A DNA stretch of 44,568 nt, from assembly GCA_035285545.1 (NCBI GenBank), contig JAYKGY010000126.1, positions 1 through 44,568 of the forward strand. Direction: 5' to 3'. Below are positions 10,147 through 19,700 of this stretch, in pieces. The translations under genes and the position numbers were made by a program. The stretch's first letter is position 1; every line of letters starts with the position of its first letter. Source of the DNA: Snowella sp. Lineage in GTDB: Bacteria > Cyanobacteriota > Cyanobacteriia > Cyanobacteriales > Microcystaceae. The notes below the pieces were generated by a model that ran no database searches, was not told the DNA's origin, and worked only from the letters and a program-made list of their open reading frames with translations.

Positions 10147-10503
10147 ATGAGTGTAAACACTTATACGATCCGCCACCTGATTCTCGGCAATCAGTTCACG
10201 GAAAACTCCGGACAAAAACCCAATCCCCTCAATAAATCTTTATTCCCTGATTTTCTTTTTCCCGTCAAGGCATGGCTTAATCACTTAGAAATTAACAACC
10301 CCCAATTAGCCCATCGCCTTTGTCAGTTAATTCCTGCCCAATGTCCCTTTGCTCGTAAAATCACCTTTGCCGGACAGATCCTTTTCTCCATTCCTCCCCT
10401 GTGCAAAATTAATCCGTTATACGAAGAATTAATGATGCTACGGTTCCGTGCTTTATCCTATTTAGCGGACGAATGCGGGGAAGATATTAGTCAATATTGC
10501 TAA
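10147..10503 (+). CDS. 'Mo-dependent nitrogenase C-terminal domain' family protein (cyanobacterial, function unknown)
   Basis: WL..LEI.NPQLAHRLCQLIPAQCPFAR.I...G..LFSIPPLCKINPLYEELM.LRFRALSYLADECGED. ATG at 10147. Confidence 0.88.
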   Translation: MSVNTYTIRHLILGNQFTENSGQKPNPLNKSLFPDFLFPVKAWLNHLEINNPQLAHRLCQLIPAQCPFARKITFAGQILFSIPPLCKINPLYEELMMLRFRALSYLADECGEDISQYC

Positions 10504-10505
10504 TG

Positions 10506-10554
10506 GAGTGAATAGTTAATAATTAATAGTTAATAGTGAGCAATTATCAATAAA
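10506..10554. repeat. Degenerate heptamer tandem repeat (STRR-like)
   Basis: gagtgaa tagttaa taattaa tagttaa tagtgag caattat caataaa, a 7-bp period directly after a stop codon. Confidence 0.55.
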
Positions 10555-10642
10555 TGTTGAAGAATTTCAGCATGACTGAGAAATTTAGCTAGGATTGAGA
10601 TCGGGTTAATTCCTTCTTGATCATTTCTATTAGCGGACTCTC

Positions 10643-11413
10643 ATGGCGATTCTGGCCCTCAAAGCTTGGTATTTGGCTCAGTATGAACCCATTCGCGACG
10701 TTATCAAGCGTTCTCCTGACCTGCGACTCAATCGTAATAGCTTATTAAAGTCGGCATTGCGGGCTGATTTTTTGGATGATGTCGAAGCGGTTCAATCTGC
10801 CCCCTAGTTTGAGCGGTATCTAGCCGGAGATTCGGTCGAATTTTACCTTGAAGGGAGCGGCCATTACGTTATTTCCAATCTGGATCTAATTTCTCAAGAG
10901 ATTTATTTTACGAAACAAGACGCGATCGCCAATGTTGATCCCCTGATTTTACTCAGTACCCAAAACGATGATCCCCTAGCCAGGGAAGCCCTAAGAACAG
11001 TTTTACAAAAGGCGATTGAAAACTTTAATCCGCGATCGCGTTTTCCCATTGAGTTTGAAGAAACCCAACGTCCCAAAGACTTTCCCCTGCGTTTGAGTGA
11101 TAGCCAACTGCGAAAACTCCGCAAAAGTTTACTGATTATTGTCGATATCACCGCTATTAGTGAACTTCAACAAAAAAAACAAAGCCTTTTGCTCCCGAAT
11201 CCAACGGTTTGCGTGGAATTAGGTTACGCCCTGCAATGTAAAAAAGCGGGACAAATTTTACTGGTTAATCGGGAACGGCCCGAATTTGCGGGTAAATTTC
11301 CCTTTGATGTCGCTACTCACCAACAGTTAAGCTTTACCGACGTAACGGATCTGAGTCAGACTTTACCGAACTTAGTAGAAGCCGTACTTCAACGGTTTAA
11401 TTTCTTCCCCTAA
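10643..11413 (+). pseudogene. Conserved cyanobacterial hypothetical gene interrupted by one in-frame TAG (codon 55)
   Basis: ATG at 10643 reads MAILALKAWYLAQYEPIRDVIKRSPDLRLNRNSLLKSALRADFLDDVEAVQSAP*FERYLAGDSVEFYLEGSG... and continues in frame into the 11093-11413 ORF. The stop is at 10805-10807. Confidence 0.8.
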
Positions 11414-11453
11414 TCCGTCATAATTATTAATCACAACGCTAAAAATAGTTACT

Positions 11454-11705
11454 ATGCCTAGAAAACCCGACGAATATGCAATTCATCTTTTTCTCAAAAG
11501 TGGACATCGAGAAGAAGTGCGATTTCTCAATATTCAAGATTTTCAAAAATGGTATAGCAATGATGTCGTTCCTAAATTTGACTCAGAAGAATTTATCACC
11601 GTTCCCATAAAAAATATTCAAGGGGAATATATGGTCGTTCGGCCAGCAAGTATCGTCGCGATTCGGGTTGAACCTATCTTCTTTGGCAGTGTTGATCGAG
11701 AATAA
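11454..11705 (+). CDS. Small conserved cyanobacterial hypothetical protein
   Basis: 83 aa, MPRKPDEYAIHLFL.SGHREEVRF..IQDFQKWY...VPIKNIQGEYMVVRP. Lies 40 bp downstream of the previous gene on the same strand. Confidence 0.75.
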   Translation: MPRKPDEYAIHLFLKSGHREEVRFLNIQDFQKWYSNDVVPKFDSEEFITVPIKNIQGEYMVVRPASIVAIRVEPIFFGSVDRE

Positions 11706-11849
11706 ATTTTGGGCCCAGATGCTCAACGCGGAGGCTACTATCCCCATTGAAAACCCCCTTCACCTGTTTTTTAAAGACCTGGGAAAGGGGATTGACTTTA
11801 GATTAGATTAGGTCGCGCTTAGAACGATGGCTCAGGAGGCAGTTACGGT

Positions 11850-12962
11850 CTAATGTAACCAACCTTTGAGACGACGAGCCACTTGGGGACGACGTAATTT
11901 TCGCATGGCTTTACTTTGAATTTGGCGTACCCGTTCCCGCGAGAGGTTGAACATCACCCCCACTTCTTCTAGGGTGTAACTTTGGCTACTGGTCAATCCA
12001 TAGCGTAAGGAGATCACTTCTTTTTCTCGCTCAGTTAGGACATCACTCAATACTTCAGAAATTTCTTGCCGTAACATGGTTTCATTCATGCGGTCTTCCG
12101 GCAGTTGCAGGTCTTGATCTTCGAGTAAATCCACTAATTCGGTGTCTTCGCCCTTACCCACCCGATGGTTGAGAGAGAGGGATTGACGGCGGAGTTGCAA
12201 CAGTTGGCGCAGTTGATAGGGGGGAATTTCCAAGGCTTCGGCTAATTCCACTTCACTGGGGTTGCGTTGTAATTGCTGTTTGAGGGAACGTTGGGCTTTT
12301 TTGAGTTTATTGAGCTTTTCGACCACATGGATCGGTAAACGAATGGTGCGGGCATCGTTGGCAATGGTGCGGGTAATGGCTTGACGAATCCACCAATAGG
12401 CGTAGGTTGAAAATTTATAGCCCTTATTGGGATCAAATTTCTCAGAAGCCCGATTTAAACCGATCGCGCCTTCTTGAATGAGGTCTAAAAAGGGAACACC
12501 GCGATTGAGATAGCGTTTGGCGATGGAGACCACGAGGCGGAGATTGGAGCGAATCATTTTCCGTTTAGCGGTGCGACCCCGATGGAGCCAATTCTCTAGT
12601 TGACGTTCATTGGTAAATCCTAAGGCTTCGGCCCATTCCTGCTTTGTGGGGGGACGTTTGAGAGTTGTGGCTAATTCTTGTCGTTTTTCTTCAGCTTTTA
12701 CTAATAATTGAACGCTATTAGCCAATTCCACTTCTTCTTCGGGTTTGAGGAGGGGATAACGAGCCATCTCTTTGAAAAATGCCCCAATAGTATCGTCAGA
12801 AAGGGATTTACTGTATCCCGAAGCGATCGGGTTCCCCATTTCATCGGTGAGGTCTGAAAAGTCTACCTCGATGGTATTCAAGTCGAATTCTTCCGGCGAT
12901 CGCGAATCCAAATGATTGAGATTTCCATTGGAGACATCGGTGACAAGCTCAGTGTTGTACAT
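11850..12962 (-). CDS. sigE: Group 2 sigma-70 factor, SigE type
   Basis: Region 1.2 GAFFKEMARYPLL, region 2 NLRLVVSIAKRYLNRGVPFLDLIQEG...KFSTYAYWWIRQAITRTIANDARTIRLP, SLNHRVGKGEDTEL and C-terminal RRPQVARRLKGWL are characteristic of SigE. ATG at 12962. Confidence 0.9.
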   Translation of the reverse strand: MYNTELVTDVSNGNLNHLDSRSPEEFDLNTIEVDFSDLTDEMGNPIASGYSKSLSDDTIGAFFKEMARYPLLKPEEEVELANSVQLLVKAEEKRQELATTLKRPPTKQEWAEALGFTNERQLENWLHRGRTAKRKMIRSNLRLVVSIAKRYLNRGVPFLDLIQEGAIGLNRASEKFDPNKGYKFSTYAYWWIRQAITRTIANDARTIRLPIHVVEKLNKLKKAQRSLKQQLQRNPSEVELAEALEIPPYQLRQLLQLRRQSLSLNHRVGKGEDTELVDLLEDQDLQLPEDRMNETMLRQEISEVLSDVLTEREKEVISLRYGLTSSQSYTLEEVGVMFNLSRERVRQIQSKAMRKLRRPQVARRLKGWLH

Positions 12963-13359
12963 CGTTTTAAACCGTTTTATCAAAGGGGTATAAAGAAATT
13001 AGAAAAAGAGAAAAATATTAAAAAGAAATGTTAAAAGCCAGGGATTGGTTTGGGCTGATTATGACATTAAAACTGATAAAAGTCAAAAGTTGATTGGACT
13101 TCAATTTTTCTTAAGAAATTGAGACAAAACAACCGTTCAACCTAATAGAAAAGATAACAGAATGTTTACAAAGATGATTTTTATTTCTTCATAAACTATT
13201 AAGAATCTATCTAAAGAATGAATCTGGGTCTTTCCTCAGCCTTCAGAAATCTTGACAATGGAAAAAAGACGGAGCAGTTTATACATATCAAACCTGATCA
13301 ACGTTTTGAAACCGATCCCTTAACCAAGGAAACCCTTATCGCTAAAGGGCGTAATCTCC

Positions 13360-13401
13360 AGATTATCAAAATAAAATCTTGATGTTGTTCACTTGATTAC
13401 A
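13360..13401 (-). promoter_or_regulatory. Putative NtcA-activated promoter for sigE
   Basis: The minus strand reads TGTAatcaagtgAACA (GTA-N8-AAC, 13400-13387), then 21 nt, then TAATCT (13365-13360, TAN3T) preceded by TGn. Confidence 0.55.
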
Positions 13402-13649
13402 AAACAAAAAATTAAAGTAAAAGGCGGATAGTTGGCTAGAAAGGGCAAGAAACAAAGAATTTTAACGGGATTGTTAAACAAATTTCAAAAATAAATTTTG
13501 GGGATTGATCACACTTTAGCGAAAAAGTTTTTAATTGCCTACCAGGGATAGTCTGTCGCTTGGCGGATTGTTTGCTCAGTTTATCTGCAATCGACTTGGG
13601 AGATGACGCTATACTAACTAAGCTGACCCTTGTTATTAACGTTTTTTGA

Positions 13650-16139
13650 ATGTCTAACGTTGCGCCTAATCTAACCTTGATGGAACGAGCGCTACCCTAT
13701 GAAGCGACTGGCCAACAATGGGTTGAAGTATTAGTCGATTGTCCTGGCATTCAAGGCTTATACACCTATGGCGTTCCCCAGGGTTTATCGGTACAAGTCG
13801 GTGATATTGTCAGTGTCCCGTTTGGCTCCCAACTGATGGGGGGGATTGCGGTTAATTTAAGGCAAGATTTACCGGAAAACTTAGTTCCAGGGCAAATTAA
13901 AGCCATTGAAGAGGTGATTACGCAAAGTTTTTTTGCCCCTACCTATTGGCAATTACTGGATCGCGTGGCGACCTCTTATGGTACGGAATTAATGAGTGTG
14001 ATTCGCCTGGCATTGCCCCCCGGTCTATTGGAGCGATCGCAGCGTAGAATCCGCCTCAAAGCCGACGCATTACCCCCAGGTTACGAAGTATTTTGCAGTC
14101 CGCTAGCTCAACGCATTATTCAATTGTTGAAAGGACAAAAAGCCGGAAATTATAGTTATGTTCATTTACAGCGTCAAATTCCAGGGGTACAACGGGGTAT
14201 TCGGGAATTAACTCAACGGGGATGGATTGAAAGTTATTTAGAAGATCCCAAAACCATTCAAGTTAAACACCAAAAAGCCGTTACCCTATTAACCTCACCG
14301 ACGGATAGCGAATTAACGGCAAAACAGCGTGAAGTCTTAGAGGTTCTACGTCGCCATGGCGGGGAATTGTGGTTCAGTACTCTTCAAAAATTAACCCATA
14401 GTAGCGGCTCAGTCATCGAATCTTTAGCGAAAAAAGGCTATCTCGCGATTCAACCGCAAGAACGATTACGTCTTTTATCCCAAGGAGAAGTTATCAGGGA
14501 TCAAGCCAAACCCTTAACGCCGGATCAGTCCAAAGCGTTAGCGCGTTTAAATCAAGTGTCAGGCTATGCTCAAGTGTTATTACATGGTGTAACGGGATCG
14601 GGAAAAACCGAAGTCTATCTTCAGGCGATCGCGCCCCTTTTAACCGCCGGAAAATCCGTCCTAGTGCTAGTCCCAGAGATTGGTTTAACGCCCCAATTAA
14701 CCGATCGCTTTCGGGCCAGATTTGGGAATAAAATTTGTGTTTATCACAGTGCCCTATCGGATGGCGAACGATACGATACCTGGCGACAAATGCTCAGCGG
14801 CACCACCCAGATCGTGATTGGAACGCGCTCAGCCATTTTTTCTCCCTTGCCGAATTTGGGATTGATTATTTTAGATGAAGAACACGACAGTAGTTTTAAA
14901 CAAAGCCAATTAATGCCGGCTTACCATGCCCGCACTGTTGCCCAATGGCGAGCCGAACTGGAAAATTGTCCCTTAATTTTGGGATCGGCTACTCCTTCTT
15001 TGGAAACCTGGGTCAATATTCATTCAACGTCTCAAGCCCAGAAAGTCCCCTCGCATTATCTTTCCCTACCCGAACGAGTGCGATCGCGTCCCCTGCCCCC
15101 CGTGGAAATTGTGGATATGCGACAAGAATTAAAAGCAAGTAACTATTCAATTTTTAGCCGCTCTTTGCAAAAAAACTTAGGAGAACTCAAAGCCCAGGGG
15201 AAACAGGGCATTTTATTTATCAGTCGTCGTGGTCATAGCACCTTTGTTTCCTGTCGTAGCTGCGGCTATGTCATGGAATGCCCCCATTGTGATGTATCCC
15301 TCTCCTATCACTACACCCACGAAGGAGCCTCGGAACTATTACGCTGTCACTATTGCAACTTTAGCCAACGTCAGCCCAAGGTCTGCCCCAGTTGCCAATC
15401 GCCCTATTTAAAATTTTTTGGGAGTGGCACCCAGAAAGTCACCGAGGCTTTAAGTAAACAATTTCCTGAACTGAAATGGTTGCGCTTTGATAGTGATACG
15501 ACTCGGACAAAAGGCGCGCATCGTCAGATTGTGGAACAGTTTAGTCAGGGGAAAGCGGATATTCTCGTGGGAACCCAAATGCTGACCAAAGGCTTAGATA
15601 TTGAACAGGTCACCCTAGTCGGTGTGATTGCAGCCGATAGTTTACTCAATTTTTCCGATTATCGCTCAGGGGAACGGGCTTTTCAAACCCTAACCCAAGT
15701 GGCAGGACGGGCAGGACGGGGCGAAGATTCAGGCAAAGTGATTATCCAAACCTACACCCCCCAACATCCGGTCATCCAAGCGGTGCAAGATCATGATTAT
15801 CTGACCTTTGTGGAACAGGAACTTCCCCAACGAGAAGCTTTAAATTATCCGCCCTATGGTCGTCTGATTCTGATTCGCTTGAGTGGTTTAGAGTCTGAGA
15901 TAGTGGAAAAAACCGCGATCGCGATCGCCGAAGAATGCCAGATTCTGTTGGGTGAGCAAGCCGAAATTTTAGGCCCGACTCCGGCCAGTATCATGCGAGT
16001 TGCAAGGCGGTTTCGCTGGCATATTTTGTTAAAGTTTCCAGACAGGTTGGCTGAAATTCCTGACCTCAAAAAACTCAAAGCGATTTGCCCTACTTCGGTC
16101 AGTTTTAGTCTTGATGTTGACCCTTTGTATATTGAATAA
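13650..16139 (+). CDS. priA: Primosomal protein N'
   Basis: GVTGSGKTEVY, VPEIGLTPQ, DEEHD, GSATPS, four CxxC pairs, GTQMLTKG and QVAGRAGR. Confidence 0.97.
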   Translation: MSNVAPNLTLMERALPYEATGQQWVEVLVDCPGIQGLYTYGVPQGLSVQVGDIVSVPFGSQLMGGIAVNLRQDLPENLVPGQIKAIEEVITQSFFAPTYWQLLDRVATSYGTELMSVIRLALPPGLLERSQRRIRLKADALPPGYEVFCSPLAQRIIQLLKGQKAGNYSYVHLQRQIPGVQRGIRELTQRGWIESYLEDPKTIQVKHQKAVTLLTSPTDSELTAKQREVLEVLRRHGGELWFSTLQKLTHSSGSVIESLAKKGYLAIQPQERLRLLSQGEVIRDQAKPLTPDQSKALARLNQVSGYAQVLLHGVTGSGKTEVYLQAIAPLLTAGKSVLVLVPEIGLTPQLTDRFRARFGNKICVYHSALSDGERYDTWRQMLSGTTQIVIGTRSAIFSPLPNLGLIILDEEHDSSFKQSQLMPAYHARTVAQWRAELENCPLILGSATPSLETWVNIHSTSQAQKVPSHYLSLPERVRSRPLPPVEIVDMRQELKASNYSIFSRSLQKNLGELKAQGKQGILFISRRGHSTFVSCRSCGYVMECPHCDVSLSYHYTHEGASELLRCHYCNFSQRQPKVCPSCQSPYLKFFGSGTQKVTEALSKQFPELKWLRFDSDTTRTKGAHRQIVEQFSQGKADILVGTQMLTKGLDIEQVTLVGVIAADSLLNFSDYRSGERAFQTLTQVAGRAGRGEDSGKVIIQTYTPQHPVIQAVQDHDYLTFVEQELPQREALNYPPYGRLILIRLSGLESEIVEKTAIAIAEECQILLGEQAEILGPTPASIMRVARRFRWHILLKFPDRLAEIPDLKKLKAICPTSVSFSLDVDPLYIE

Positions 16140-16218
16140 ATCCAACGATAAATTACTAACGAAGTAAGTAAGTAAGTCAATTTAATTAAAAAAACAATAG
16201 ATTCGATAGATTCTACAG

Positions 16219-16269
16219 CTAAGGACATAATAGTATTATGTCCCTACATAAATTTTTCCTTTGTAGGGA
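16219..16269. repeat. REP-like palindrome (GTAG family, degenerate)
   Basis: GGACATAATA-G-TATTATGTCC is a perfect 10-1-10 palindrome (16223-16243) ending in CCCTAC. A second arm TGTAGGGA (16262-16269) is complementary to TCCCTACA (16241-16248). Confidence 0.55.
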
Positions 16270-16305
16270 TTTAACACTGTTAAATCCTTTGGACGTTTTA
16301 TTAAA

Positions 16306-16752
16306 ATGTTGCAAAAAATTAAAACAACGGATTATGAAACAGATTTCGCACTTTGGATTGAAGACACCCTCAACAACCTCAAGGCGAAAAACTTTAATCA
16401 GGTCGATTGGGATCATTTAATTGAGGAGATCGAATCGTTGGGCAAAAGTCAACGCAGTTCTGTACGGAGCTATTTAGTTCGTCTTTTGGAACATTTATTA
16501 AAGCGTCGCTATGTGTTGATGTCCGATTGTTATCGCGGTTGGGAAGTGGAAATTCGCAATTTTCGGCAACGGCTACAAATTGAATTGGAAGATTCTCCGA
16601 GTTTGAAAAATTTTATTGTAGAGATTTTGCCCAAAAGTTATGAAATGGCGTTAGACAATGTTAAGGATGCCTACCCTGATACGAGTTTTCCTGAATTTTG
16701 CCCTTTTCCTGCTGACGTTGCTTCCCTATTAACCGAAAAGTTTTGGGAATAA
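16306..16752 (+). CDS. DUF29 family protein
   Basis: YETDFALWIE.T...LK...F..VDWDHLIEEIESLGKSQR, LLEHLLK, W..EI..FR, SPSLK and FP..CPF. Confidence 0.9.
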   Translation: MLQKIKTTDYETDFALWIEDTLNNLKAKNFNQVDWDHLIEEIESLGKSQRSSVRSYLVRLLEHLLKRRYVLMSDCYRGWEVEIRNFRQRLQIELEDSPSLKNFIVEILPKSYEMALDNVKDAYPDTSFPEFCPFPADVASLLTEKFWE

Positions 16753-16766
16753 TTGGCTCTTAACTT

Positions 16767-19700
16767 TTACGAAAAAATGACGGATTGATTGCGCCCCTGT
16801 TGTTTGGCGAGATATAAAGCCCGATCTGCTTGATCAATTAATAATTCTGGAGAATACTGGCTATGGGGAACGAGACTGGCAACCCCTAAGCTGAGAGTGA
16901 CTTGTTGGCTAATTGCTGAGACAGGATGCACTAAGTTTAAGTCACGGATAACTTGATGAATTCGTTCTGAAACCGCGATCGCGCCGGCTAAGGGGGTATT
17001 AGGTAGAATTACAGCAAATTCTTCTCCGCCAAAACGAGCAACTAAATCCATTGAACGGTTAACACTCCGCTGTATGGTCTGAGCCAATTGAATTAAGCAC
17101 TGATCTCCCATTAAATGACCGTAATGATCGTTATAGCTTTTGAAAAAATCCACATCAATTAAGAGTAAAGATAAGGGATGCTGCTCTCGACACAACCGTT
17201 GCCACTCTTGAGTTAAATACCGATCAAAACAGCGACGATTGGCAATTTGGGTTAATCCATCAATATTTACTAACCGCTCTAATTCCTGATTGGCTTGTCT
17301 GAGTTCCATTTCAGCTTTTTGGAGAGCCATTTCAGCTTGTTGACGTTCTGTTTCCCGCCGTTTAGCATCACTGATGTCTTTGATGTAACCATGCCAAATG
17401 GTGCTGCCATCGATTTCTCGTTGCGGGCTAGCTTCCCCCAAGGCCCAAATTAATTGGCCATTCGCTAAACAGACTCGATATTCGCAATGCCAAAGGGTTA
17501 AATTCGCCGCCGAGTCCAAAATAGATTGATAAACCCGATCTAAATCATCAGGATGGAGAACTGATAAAACCTGGCTTGCGTCGTTTTTAACTTCCTCTGG
17601 TGTTACTTCATAGATATCCCAAATGCCTTCACTGGCATAGGGAAAATGAAAACTGCCATCAGCTCGCATCCTAAATTGATAAATCATCCCCGGAATATGC
17701 CGTGCAAGCTCTGTTAAGCGATTCGCTAATTCGGTTTGTTCGGTAATATCGACTGAAATTCCCAATAAATACTTGGAGTTTCCTGATTCATCGAGGATGG
17801 GAATTTTTTTGGTATGCAATAACCGTTGTCCTTGATGTCGGGTTTGAATCCATTCTTCGTCAATTTCTAAAACCGTTCCTTTCGCTAAAACGTCTCGATC
17901 TTTGGCGATAAAAAACTCGGCTTGTTCGGGTGGAAACAGATCATAATCACTTTTGCCTAACAGTTCTTCTCGCTCGTAGCCTAAGAGGTCTTCCCCTGCC
18001 TTGTTTAAACGAACAAATTTAAGGGTTTCGGCATCTTTGACAAATACCATGTCGGGCAGATTTTCAATAATGGAGTGGAGGAAATTTTGTGTCCGAAGAT
18101 TTTCGATTTCAGCGTGCTTGCGGGCGGTAATATCCTGGGAGGTGCCTAAGGTTTGTTTAACTTTCCCCTCATCGGTTCTCGCAAAAACCGTATCTCGGCT
18201 GTAGATCCAACGCCAATGACCTTGACTATCCCTAATGCGATATTCAATTTCTAAAAATTCCCCACTAGGCAACTTCTGGATGTCAGCGATCGCGGCATAA
18301 ACGCGGGGTAAATCTTCTGGATGACAAATCGTCGAAAATAAATCGGCTCCCAAAGATTGAATTTCTGTGGTCGAATATCCCAACAGTTCACCCACCGTGC
18401 GATTGGCATAAATATTGCGTTGTTCTTCCAAGTCATAGATATAGAGAAGATTCGGCGTAATTTGGGTAATTCGTTCAATAAAATGCTGGCTTTCTTGGAG
18501 AGCTAGTTGGGTTTGCTTTAGGGGGGTAATATCTCGCCCGACTGACTGAATTTCGCTGAGTTGCCCCTGCTCATTAAAAAGCCCTAAATTAATCCACTGT
18601 GTCCAACCTATTTGGTAATTTTTTCTTTGATCGCGATTTTCCGCAACAAAACTGGGATTTTCTGGACTTAAATGCTTGATTTTTTGATTAACGATTTCTA
18701 AATCATCGGGATCAACAAAATTAATCCACTTTAGCCCGATTATTTCCTCTAAGGTACACCCCAAGGCATCACACAAAGCGGGATTAGCAAAGGTGATTGT
18801 GGTATCCGGTTGCGATCGCAAAATAAAATCCGTTTGGGTCTGGACAACTTGTTGATAAAGCACCCTAGAGCCTTGCAGTTCTTCCTCTACCTGCTGAAAG
18901 GATTGGCGGACTTGAATAGCCATTTGGTTAAAGGAATGGGCCAGACTTTTTAACTCCGCGATCGCGCTATCTTCTGATAAGGAATCTTGCCAATTTCCCT
19001 GAGCCAAGGCTTCACTGGTCAAACTTAACTGTTTAATGGGGCGGGCGATCCAACGGGCGGTCAAAAAGCCAATCAGGATGGTACTCAATAAGGTTAATCC
19101 CGATAACATCAAAGTCCGCCGCAAATTTCCCCAAATTTCTCCCATAAAATCGGCTTCAGGAATGACGGTAACAACCCGCCAATTTAAACCGTAACTATCT
19201 TGATAGGGTTCTACTTGAGCAAATAAATTTTTCCCGTCTAGAGAAGCTTTGAAGCCTTCATGACTCTGAATGCTTGACAGGTTGCCAAATCGTTCCTGAA
19301 GTTGCAACGCGATCGCTCTCGTGACCGGATTCTGGCTCTGGGTTGCCGGTAAACGCTGGAGTTGACCATTGGCAGAAGGAATAAAAGGCGATTCTCCCGT
19401 TGAAGTTGCGACGAGTGCCCCCGATGGTTCCAGAATAAAAGCCTGTCCTGACGGAGAAAAATCGAGTTGACTTAAAAAAAGCCCTAAATCCGATAGGGGA
19501 ACGCTAGTGCTCAACACCCCTTGTAAGTTTTGCTGGGCATCATAAATCGGGTTAACGGCATTAAGCCCCAAAGAGGGTATTACCCGATAAAAATAAATGG
19601 GAGACCACATTTGTTTTCTAAAGTTTTTGCCCACCAAATACCAGTCCATCTGACGAGGATCGAGAGAAACTTGGTAGATAACTTGTTCCGCTTGACCTTT

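Noticed and set aside
10147..10503. Evidence for nitrogen fixation from the 'Mo-dependent nitrogenase C-terminal' family name
   Set aside because: The family name is not evidence of nitrogenase function, and no nif genes are present in the window.
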